Source: Octopus sinensis
Taxonomy: Eukaryota
NCBI RefSeq assembly: GCF_006345805.1
Contig: NC_043021.1
Coordinates: forward strand, 496,001 to 560,000
DNA: 64,000 bases
Reading direction: 5' to 3'
Numbering within the stretch: the first letter of the stretch is position 1; each line of letters starts with the position of its first letter. The position numbers and the translations under genes were made by a program. This document shows positions 26,201 to 38,328 of the stretch, piece by piece. The notes under the pieces were generated by a model. That model was given only the letters and a program-made list of their open reading frames with translations. It was not told the origin of the DNA and ran no database searches.

Positions 26201-28387
26201 AATTTTGCAATAATATAAAATATGAGGGAGAAACTAAGATGCAGTTACAGGTAAAGAGAGTAGAGATGCTAAAAGAACTTACCCAGAGGGATTTTAATGT
26301 TGATATCTTTTAAACAGGAAGATTCATCAGAGAGGTCTGTAGAGAAAGAAGCGTCAGTGATGTCAAGGGCAAGTCGGTGTTCTAAGGTCGGAGCAGCTTC
26401 TGCTGTTTCTCCCTCATCTTCCGTGATGGAGAGGTTGCCATTGGTATTCCGTCGACGATAATGAAACCCTCGTCTTTCAGCGATGTAGGTGTCGTTTTCA
26501 GAAGTGATTGAGTGCTGTGAAAAGCTTGGCCGACGAAAGGCAGGGTCGAGGATGTCCAACACAGATGCCCCGCTGTTCTGCCGGCTGTGGTTTGGAGTGT
26601 GACCCAAGGGGGGACTACTCTCCACTGATGAGATACTTCCACGCATCGCTCCATTGTGGAACGCCATACTAAGCTGGTTGGTTTTTACATCATACTTCAT
26701 CAGAGTGTCCAGCTTGTTCTAACAACAACAACAACATCAGTAAGAGTGACATCAGACACACACACACACACACACACCACAAACAAGAAAGTGAAGGAGA
26801 CAAAACATGAGGTCTCAAAACGTTTATAAAGAGTAGAAGCAAGAGGAGATATTTTAATTGAAGGTGTATAGAGGATAGCAATAAAAGGAGATGAATTAGT
26901 TGAGGTTGAACAGAGTAGCAGTAGGAGGATATGTAACAGCTGAGGGTGTACAAAGAGTAGCAGTAAGAGGAAATATAACAGTTGAGGGTGTACAAAGAGT
27001 AGCAGTAAGAGGAAACATGACAACTGAAGGTGTACAGAAAGTAGAAATAAGAGATGTAGCAGTAGGAGGAGATGTAACAGTTGAAGGTGTAGAGAGAGTA
27101 GCAGAAAGAGAGATGTAACAGTTGAAGGTGTACAAAAAGTAGCAGTAGGAGATGTAACAGTTGAAGGTGTAGAGAGAGTAGCAGTAAGAGGAGATCTGTC
27201 TGGAAGAGTGGCAGTGATGCTTTCCCAAACTTACTAACATGGGTGGAATTGGTTTTGAAAATTCAGACATTTCTACATCACTGGATCTTGAGTCCATCAC
27301 CAGCGGAGTAAGAGTGGAACCTGTTGTCAGCCATGTGGACTAATTTGGTTTACAGAGGAGAAAATATTTGTAGCCTCCTACACTACCAACTCCTGCAAAA
27401 TAATGTACCATGCAGCCCACCTACATCATAGGACCATAGTGTACCATGTGGTCCACATACAACAGGATAGTGTACCATGAGGTCCACATACAATATGATA
27501 CCACATGGTCTACATACAATAGGACATACAAAGAGGTGCTGAAAAGCTCCTGGCTTTAAGGGCATCGTGAAAGGCCTGGTTAAATGCCCAATCTTCCGAC
27601 TTCTTTTACAGGGCTTAGAAAACCTAAAGGACCGCTGCAATAAGTATGAGAATCTGAGAGGGGAATACGCTGAATAAAATCATAATTAACTGATCCGCCT
27701 GCGTTTTCTTTTACCCAATAGATACAACAGAATGTACTGCATGATGTGGTTGAACTATTATAGAACATACTGTACCATGTGAACCATCATCACAGCACAG
27801 TACACCATGTGATCCATTTTACTATAGGACATTGGGTACCATATCCTCCTTATAAAACAGAAGATTGAGTAAACAGAAAACTAAACATATTTCACATCAG
27901 CAGTCAGGGAAGCACGAGTGTGTAAACCAGACAGGCAGCAGGATTATAACAGCATGAAACTATTGGTAGCTCTTTCGATTGTGTATTTAAATTCATATTT
28001 ATCTCTCACTGGATGGAGTGCTTTTTTTTCTTGACTTTACCTCTATTAGATCTGTAAACTATATGTGTGTGTGGAGGCGCAATGGTCCAGTGGTTAGGGC
28101 AGCTGACTTGCAGTCGTAGGATCATGGTTTCGATTCCCAGACCGGGCATTGTGAGTGTTTATTGAGTGAAAATACCTAAAGCTCCACGAGGCTTCGGCAG
28201 GGGATGGTGGCGAGCCCTGCTGTACTCTTTCACTATAACTTTCTCTCACTCTTTCTTCTGTTGGCCTGCTCGCTTAGCCAGCAGGGTGGCGTCATTTGAA
28301 GGCTAAAACAATGCGAAGCGCATTGTGACCAGCGATGTGTAACAACATCTGATAACCTCGTCGGTCACGGTGAGATATATATATATA

Positions 28388-28418
<31 letters not shown>

Positions 28419-29686
28419 TCACTGTAAGGAAAAGTCGTGTGTGTGTATGTATATATATATATATACATCATCACAGTATTGAGAAGGTCATGTGTGTATG
28501 TGTATAGAATGTGGGGTGTATATACTGTTGTAGGAGGGAAGGGACCACATGGCCAGATGAGACGGGGAACTTAATCCCATCTGATGACTCATTAATCCTA
28601 TCTGCCATTGAAGTGTTAAGGCAATAAATCAGATGTGCAGAAACAAAGCAACAGAGTGCAGTGTATGGTGCATCATTGTGCACATCTCACCTTACAATCA
28701 ATACAGCAGAACATGGACTTGGCTGACTGGACAACTGATCGCAATCGAGACATGGAGAAGGACAACTGAAAGACAAGTTGTTACAACAATGATGATGACT
28801 AGAGTGGTAGTGATGACAATGATGATGATGATGGTGTTATAGCAATGACATTGATGTTAGTGATGGTGATGGTGTTACAGTGGTAAAGATGATTATAGTG
28901 ATGGTGATGGTGTTACAGTGGTAAAGATGATTATAGTGATGGTGATGATGTGATGGAAATGGTATTTTGTGGAACTGACACTGACTGCTTCAGTGGTATG
29001 ATGACGGTGACGGTGATGGTGTATCGTGTAATATGTGACTGGTAATTCAAAAGAGAAACGGTAAAAGCAAAAATTACCTCTGCATCTTTCTGTACATTGC
29101 TTGTCTGGTGGCACTTGGTGAAGAAGGCACTGGGGTGTTGGCATATTTGGCTGGATTGTAAGAAGGATGTCAACTCTCGGCTGCTGCTCTTTGCATTTAG
29201 TAAAGATATGTAAATAACACAGAGGAAGTAAAAAGGATAACACATCACTTGGAAGGTGGCAGCAACAGAAAATACTTGGCCGGGAGTCAGCACTGTTTCC
29301 TTTGAAATATGGTAGTAGAGAAAGGTCTAAAAAAAGAAATAGGATTGAAACGTTAGAAGAGAATTCATAGAGAATGAACTAGTCATCATCACCACCATCA
29401 TTTGACATCTGTTTTCCATGCTGGCATGGGTTGGACAGTTTAACCAGTGCTGGCAAGCCAGAAGACAGTACCAAGCCCTATTGTCTGTTTTGGTGTGGTT
29501 TCTATGCCTGGTTGCCCTTCCTAATGCCAACCGCTTTCAGAGTGGACTGGGTGCTTCTTGTGTGGCACCAGCACTGATGGGGTTACCGAGTAACTTGCAT
29601 GAAAAACATTCCTCAACTGAGAGAGAGAGAGTGATATTGAGGGAGGTGGATTTATGCGATGTGATGAGAGAACACACATATTTATA

Positions 29687-29744
<58 letters not shown>

Positions 29745-30677
29745 TTTTAGTTGTTGCTCTGATAGATCACTTGCAGATATTGTACATACAGTTGTTGTTG
29801 TTGTTGTGTCCCTCTACTGCTAAACCCATTCAGCTCACCCACCCACTCCTCTCTCCTGCAAACCCTACATTTAACATGTCCCCACAACTGTCACTTTCTG
29901 GAACTTCCTCCCAGCTCCCGTCTTCCCCAGACTCACCAGTATGGTATGTCTCCTAACTTTCCTTCACAGTGAAAGGACTCCAAATGATTTACATCCTGAC
30001 TCTCCCTCAGAGTTGAAGGGTCCACAGTAGCCTGCGTACTAACTCTCACCTCAGGGACTTCCTAGAATGGGTCTTGTCAGATAAAAGTCCCTTTCTTTGG
30101 TTTCTGATACCAGAATGTGTATTCTGCTTAATGACAGCAGGGGTAGCTGCAGACCCCCCCTTCCCAGGTCATATAAAGAGAGTTGGAGCTGGTTCATATC
30201 CACAGGACCTGCCCAATGGCAAACAACCACTGGACCGGACCAAGAATATGTGGAGGTGTGACAAGACTTGGTAAGTAAAGCAAGAAGATGTTAGTAGTAT
30301 TACAAGAAGAACAGGTAAAAATGGCAAGGTATGTTATTGCATTAAAATTCTTCAGTTGTTCTTTAGAGAGACACATTAAACAAAGATATGTAGGTTCAAA
30401 TCACAGGAACTTACCGCAGCTGTTGACAATAATGGGGCTGATGTAACAAGGAACTCTGCAAGAGAAACAATCAAAAGTTAATTAAGAAGCCAGTAATCAA
30501 TGCACAAAAACAATAATCTGGTAGAGTCGTTAGGTTATCCCATCAAAGACCTTGTGCTTTTATGTGACACCAGCAGCCACAAACCCACGAGATTAGGATT
30601 GCTCAAATGAAGAGGGGTGTAGGGGGACTTGCTTGTAAGCAAACACATAGGTATATCTATCTATATACATATATACA

Positions 30678-30720
<43 letters not shown>

Positions 30721-33700
30721 CAGTAACTGCCGAAAACGGTCATGACTTCTGGGACTTGACTGAGGAAAGAAGGCCACAAATGACCTGTCTTTCAAATTGT
30801 TGTTTCTCTTGTCCACCTTGTATCGTCTTTCTGTCTGAATGTTTTATTGTACTCTATTGCGTTTTTGTTCCATTTATATATATATATATATATATATCTA
30901 ATAATAGACCTAACTGACTACAATTTTAACCCCTACACTTGGTGCTCCTTCATTTTTATCAAAATTTATAAACATTGGACATTGATATCTTATGGATGCA
31001 GTGGTGTTCATCCATTACCACCAGCCCCCTTACAAACCATTGTTCTCTAAGTTCAGAGATAATTATTGTTTTGTTTTTTTTGTCTTTTGTGAAATTATTC
31101 AATGTAAAAAAAACAGTGTTTTATCATTGTGTTTAGTTTTTCTTTGGTTATTCATGATGGACATCATCAGTTACATCAATGACACCAGTTTGGAACTGCA
31201 AAAGAATTCATTTACATTGTAGGGAGGGATAAGAGAGAAAGAGTGTATAAACTGACCAACAATTGAATTGGAGTAGAATACACACACAAGTCTATCTCTA
31301 TAGATTTTCTAAAGTTCAGAGCCGACACTGAAAGTTACAACATTTCATATAAGAAAACATGAATGCAAAGAATGCAATGAAAGACAGAAACAAATAGGTG
31401 ATATTTCAAGAGTTATTGCTTTTTCATCAGCCCTACATCAAACCCATTAACTATCCATGAACACATTGCTTAAATACCCACCAAGTTTTGTGTTTAATAT
31501 ATAAACTGGATAAACCAGTTTACATATTAAACACATTCCTGGTAACTGGTATGCAAAAGTAAAATACCCACCTTCGGTCGTGAATGACCATGGGATTGCA
31601 CCTGGAAAGTTCCCTTCCAAAGCACAACTTTGGGCAAGGTTGCAAATGGGAAACCAGCAATCGCCCATGCATACCAGCCTCCCCCTCTCCATGCCACCCA
31701 TGTTATCCAAGAGAAAGACAAAGGTCGATACAGCTTGGCACCAGTGACGTCGCAACTCATTTCTACAGATGAGTGATCCAGAGCAAAGTGAAATAAAATG
31801 TCTTGCTCAAGAACACAACACACAGCCTAGTCTGAGAATTGAACTCACTACCTTATGATTGTGGGCCCGACACTCACCATTGAGCAATGCATCATGGTAC
31901 ATACACATAAATCTACCTCGCATTTTATATATACGATCTGTAGTCAAAAAGTATCTGACCTTGATTTTTTTTTGGCACAAAATATTAATGCGTGAGCAAA
32001 ATCCGCATGGGTATGAGGTAACCATGTCTTTCCTGAGCATGTGCAAAAATTTCCGTGTCTGTAGGTTGCACATTTCACCTGCAGTGATGTGTTGAATAGA
32101 AACATGAAGAGTGTGCAATTTTTCTTTGAGTCAAGATGACCGAGTGCATTGAGCAAAGATACTGCATCAAATTCTGCCAAAAACTTGGTGATACGCAAGC
32201 CCAGACTATCAAGAAGATTCAGAAGGCCTTTGGAGATGATGCTATGGGAAAAACACAAATAAAGGAGTGGTACAACCGGTTCAAAGATGGCTGCACCTTA
32301 GTGGACAGTGAGCCATGTTGTGGCCGGACAATTAACAAAGAATACTACCTGGGGGTTCTTTGTCGCATTCATGAAGCTGTGTGGCAAAAACGACCTGACC
32401 TGTGGGCAGCAAAGAACTGGAAACTCTATGAGAATGCACCTACTCATTCCACCTACGTCATCCAAGCATTCCTCGTCATGCAAAACACACCACTTGTTCG
32501 TCAGGCTTCCTACTCCCCAGACTTGACTTCATGTAACTTTTGCCTATTCCCAAAGCTCAAAAAAAAAAAAAAACCACTCAAAGAGAGATTTGAGTCAACA
32601 GAAGACATTAAGCAAAATTCAACGGCACACCTCTACAACATCCCAAAAAGTGATTTCCAGGAATGTTTCCAGCAGTGGCAGGAATGCTGACAAAAGTGTG
32701 TAAACACCCAAGATGAATACTTTGAAGGAGACTAAATTAAAATGGTGAGTTTTTTAATATTATTTGTTTTTTGGCCAAAGGCCAAACACTTTTAGACAAA
32801 ACTTTGTGTGTATATATATATATATACATACATACATACACACAAAAGAGAGAGAAAGTGTGTGTGAGCGTGAAAGTGTACAAACTGACCGATGATAGAC
32901 TTGAGGTAGGCAATACGATACAACAATTTCATCTCCTTCTTTCGGTCCTTACAGACCAAACGGCTGAAACATTTCTCCCAGGCATTTAACTTGATCTGCT
33001 TGATGCCTTTTATTAGTTGTTTTACTTTCTTCACCCTCCTTTCACTGAGATTCTGAAAAAGAGAAAGAATGAGGCAGTAAGAGAGAGAGAGAGAGAGCGA
33101 AGTGGGGTATAATGGGTATAACAGAGTAAAGTGGTAGAGTCACACAGACAATCTAATGAAGTGGTTCTCAACCGCTGTATGTATAAGATTTTGGGGGGTC
33201 CATGCAAAAAATAGTAAATCGGGGATCCACAATAGTCTTTTATGGGTCCCTGAAAAAGTTTTGCTTTAGATGTTTGTATTGGTGTGTATTGCAAGAAACA
33301 GCGAGGTTTCTTTCTCTGACATTTTCCATTATTCAACCGACACAAGTTCATGAGTGAAAAACAAAATAGGAATTTGAAAGAAGTTTCTATAAAACTAGTT
33401 TTTGAACATGGAACGATTGTGGGGGTCCACCAGAAAAGAATAGCAATCAAAGGGATCCATAGATAAAAAATGGTTGAGAACCCCTGCTCTAATGGGATAA
33501 TGACATATATAGGAGAGAAAGCCAGGGCAGAAGAGTTGAACAATGACATATAGATGAGAGTAGAGTAGTTTGGTGTGACAATGGTATTTAGGCTGTACGG
33601 TGATAAATAACAAGTGGGGAGTGCAGTTGAGGAATATCAGCCAGCACCCATCCAACATACCATTATGCTGCCTTGGAGTCTAAACAGGTGCCGTGCAGTG

Positions 33701-36700
33701 GCAATGTGCATACATGTGTGTACGGCAATGATGAAAAAGCCCACTACTGCACTGGAACCGAGTTTTAGGAAGACCACGATAAAACCGACAACAATCTGGA
33801 AAAGAAATAAGAAAGAGAGAGAGAGAGAGAGAGAGCAACAGGTTGAAACAGGTGGTGAGCATCTCATACATGTAACTATGGCAACGGAGTTGGGCGGTCA
33901 AGAGTAAACTGGACATCAATAATAGAAAGGTGATTCTTCTTTTATCCTTCTTTTACTTGTTTCAGTCTTTTGAGTGTGGCCATGCTGGAGCACCACCTTG
34001 AAGGGTTTTAGTCAAACAAATTGACCCCAGGACCTATTTTTTAAGCTTAGTACTTATTCTATCAGTCACTTTTGCAGAACTGCTAAGCTATGGAGATGTA
34101 AGCACAACACTGGTTGTCAAACAGTGATAGAAAAACACATGCACGCACACACACACACACACACATGCACAACAGGCTTCTTTCAGTTTCCATCTATCAA
34201 ATCCACTCACAAGGCTTTGGTCAGCCTGATGCTATAGTAGAAGACACTCGCCCAAGGTGCCACACATTCGGACTGAACCCAGAACTATGTGGTTGGGGGG
34301 CAAGCTTCTTACCCCACAGCCATGCCTGCAACTATGATAATACTGATAACTGTGGAAATAGAATTGGTGAGGCATCCGAAATATGGAACAGAAACTGGAG
34401 AAGCTACAGAACTTTTGAACTAAAATTGGTGAGGCTACAACATAGAGTAACTTGTCTGAGGATATTTACAACAGGTGGTTGGTCTCCACAGTCTCCCCTG
34501 TTGTTTAGTGCCAGGCATAATTAAATTGTTCCATTTAGGACATTCAACAACCGGATCCAATCGGCAAAACTCATAGTTTCTGGTCTAAAGATGAAAATCG
34601 CCATTCTTTTTACCTGGTACCTATTGGTAAAACCCATCTATGGTGGATCCACATTGATTTGGTGTCTATGGAAAGGTTGCAGAATAAAAGGTTCTGTTGA
34701 CAAAAACAATATTTTAATTGCAAACTCATGCCAGACAAATACTTTGGCTGAATGTCAGGATGACTTACCTGAAGAGGTATTGCCCAGAAATAGTGCAAAA
34801 AACTGTAAATGATCATCAGGTTGTTACATTCTAGTGTCACGTGGTTCATTATTTCAGTTTCTGTAATTCTTCCATGGGACAAAGCTTGAGTTGATAACTG
34901 TTGTACCTTGCTGTATATCATCACCTGTAAAAGACCGGGTGTAAAGGTGAGAACAACCAATCAAACTAATATCCTATTGATCACATTGTGTATGATATGT
35001 ACAGACTCAGTTAATTGCTTAATCAATAATCAATGACAATTAAGGAGATAAGCAAGAATATTAGTGACATAAATATGTTGAAAATTGTTGCAAGTGGGAA
35101 TTAAATTACTCCTAGACTTATCCTCTCTTCAGGAATTCCTCTCTATGTCAGTGTGTGTGTGTGTGTGTGTGTGTGGTGATTGCTTTATCTTCTTGGCTGA
35201 TTGCCATCTCCTTCTGCTCCCTTGTTGTCAATGGCATTTCTGACTTTCCATCCATGACCTCACAGATGACTATTGTCTCACTGCAGATCTGAATGGTTTG
35301 AAGTTTAGATGACAGACAAAAGTTGTAACTTCCTGTACACTTCCATCTGGTTAGGTCTGCACACTTGGTCGTTCTTCTATCGCCATAAGACTTTCAGTAG
35401 ATGGAATGACAAATGGGGTCACCATTTAGTATCTAGAGACAGGCAGAAGGGGGGAAGAGGGGAAGACCAGTAATCATGTGAAGCTGCAACGTTTACCTTG
35501 GTGTTTCCCTCTCCTAGAAGGATGCTGTGGCAACAGCTAAGGGTCACTCATTCTCAGTGGTTTTGCTGCATACCCTAACCCCAAGCAAAGGTATTTCAGC
35601 ACCTTTGCACTTAAACAGATAGTCAGAATCCCAGCTATAGGTGTGCGTGTGTGTGTGTGTGTAAAAAATATTCAGAGTGAATATTCAAAAGAAAAGTAGG
35701 TTCAGTTGACCAGCTGACTGGAAATGAGCAACTCTAAGAACAGGAAATGGGAGCCTTTCAGTTATAATGTGTGTGTGTGTGCATGTGTGATATGACACAT
35801 GCACACAAGATGTAAGAGAAGATGGACGCAATAATAGGTAAGGACTTACCTGTATAGCGGCTTTCATCCTCATCCCTTCTCGGATGAGTATAAAAAAATG
35901 GTACTCCATGAGAGAGTACTGCAATAACATGAGTACAAACACTAAAGTGATGAGGATGTAGCCATTGGAGAAGAACTCAGTGACAGACACGTTTAAGTTG
36001 TCCTGCAAAAGAGAGAGATAATGGTTATGGTGTACATGTTGTACTGGGGGTTGGCATGGTTCATGTGGTACTGAGTAGGGGAAATGGGGGCACTATGGGG
36101 GAGGGAGCATGATGTGTTTTGTAATATGTAGTGGTGGCCATGGTACATGTGATTCTTTCAGGTTATCATACATGTGGTATTATGGAATTATGAGTGTGAC
36201 ATGTGATGTATATGGCACATGTGGAGTGGAGGTAGAAGTGGGAGCTTCATGGGTGGAAGGCATGTGGTGGTGGAGGATGTAGTTCTGTGAGAAAGACAGT
36301 GGATATGAAGGTGGGTGGGGTTGTTGTTATGCAAAAAATGTGAGTAGAAGACACACACACACACACACACATATACTTATGTAGATTCATGTGCAGACAC
36401 ACAAAATAACTTGTGAATATTCACACATACACATACACACACAAACAAGCACAGATATGCATACACGTATACATTTACCAACACAGAAACACCCCCACAC
36501 AAACTAGCATACACTCACCACAAATAAACAGACGCACACCTACACACAATCACACACACATATCCCTACCTTTTTATCCTGTAGAGGCAAGAGTGCTGCC
36601 ACAGTGGTCTTAATGGCGGTGGTGGCAGCGGTGGTGGTGGTAGACGATCCATTGTAGATAGAATAAACAGCTCCAACGTCATCTTCCAGGGAACGTCGGG

Positions 36701-38290
36701 TGACAGACACTACACGTGATGTAGCATTGTGGTGTCTGCTAGTCGAACCAATTGGTTGACTGAATTCATTACAATAGTTGAGAATATCTTCTATCCACCA
36801 TGGGCCAATGAATGCCAGTAAGTCAGCTGTTAGACGAAGACAACCACTCCAGATAATGGCCGGCCAGGAAGCTTTAAACATGCTGACTAACAAAGATGGC
36901 TTCAGCCCCAACCGTAATTTTGATTGCTGAAATGACAAGAGAATAATTGCAGAAATTTCACTTAAAGAATGGAGAATACTTCAGATTTGTAATAGAGCAT
37001 ACAACAGTGGTCCTTAAGTGTGGTTCCTGGGGCCGCATGTTACCCACAAGCATCCTTCCGCCAGCTCCTGACAGTCTTCCCTCTATACGTATAACAAGGT
37101 TTCATTTACTTGACTTGTGTCTAACTTTTTCTGGTGTGAACCCCTAAAAAAATCCAGGTTTGGGATCTGACTTGGATATTAGAAAGGTAGAGAACCACTG
37201 GTACAGAAACAGATATTTACATAGATGTGAAGCCAGTATGCTTCACTGGATGTGCAATGTCAGTGTGCATGTACGACAGAGTGTAAGCATCTAGAGAGAA
37301 AAGTTGGGCATAAGAGGCATCAGATGTGGTGTGAAAGAGAGACAAATGCACTGTTATGGTCATGTGATGTGTATGGACAAGGACAGACCTCTAACTGTGG
37401 AAGGAACCTGTGGTAGAGGTAGACCTAAGAAGACATGGGGTGAGGCGGTGAAGCATGATCTTTGAACATTGGACCTCATGGAAGTAATGACAAGCAACCG
37501 AGACTTTTGGCAATATGCTGTGCTTGAGAAGACCCATCAAACCAACTGAAATCACAGTCATGGCCGATGCTGGTGACACGTAACTGACTGATGTAGTCAT
37601 GGCCAATACTGGTGGCCCGTAAAAAGCACCTTTCAAGCGTTGGGCCTCATGAAGGTAAGGCATGCTAACGATTCTGCCAACTCTTCACCTTAAGCTGTTA
37701 CATATTATCACCATAAATATGTCACAATGTAACACCAAGGTGACACAAAGTTTCTGGATCCATTTCTGGGAAGAATATCTCAGTGAAATACTGAAGTTTA
37801 ACTCAACATTGCACATGTGTTTTATCCCCTCAGTTTTAGATCAGAGTAGGTACTAAACCACCAGACACTGTACAGTACCAGATATTTTAGTGTATGACAT
37901 AAATACTATACTCCTAGCTGCTGTATTGTACCAGCTGGTACTGTGCTGTACCACTTAGTATTCATCATTTAAATTAGTAAAACTGATCATCTGTAAAAAC
38001 AAGAACAAACCTTGTTGTTTTCAAATGAAATCCAAATCTTCTTGTAGTTGTATGTAGATTTCTCTGTCTGAAATATTAAAAGTGAAAACGTTAGATAAAC
38101 ATTTGAAATATGAAGCAATTGGTTACAACCAAATAGTCACAAAAGCAGTTCAATGAGTTGTATTGCAATCTGGGATTGAGGATGAAACATACAAAATCAC
38201 TGAGGCCTGTTACAGCTGGCAAAATAAATGACAAAATTGAATCTCGCCATCTCTTCCTTTACTTGTCTACAGGAGTTCATACAACACCAC

Positions 38291-38328
<38 letters not shown>

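Noticed and set aside
28073-28150. tRNA-like A/B boxes here and in the heads of SINE families A and B
   Set aside because: No complete cloverleaf; contiguous with SINE bodies.
30194-30376. ORF with LVTP resembling SUR TM11, plus splice-like signals on both strands
   Set aside because: The real TM11 aligns without gaps in exon 10 (29078-29326); no consistent splice structure here.
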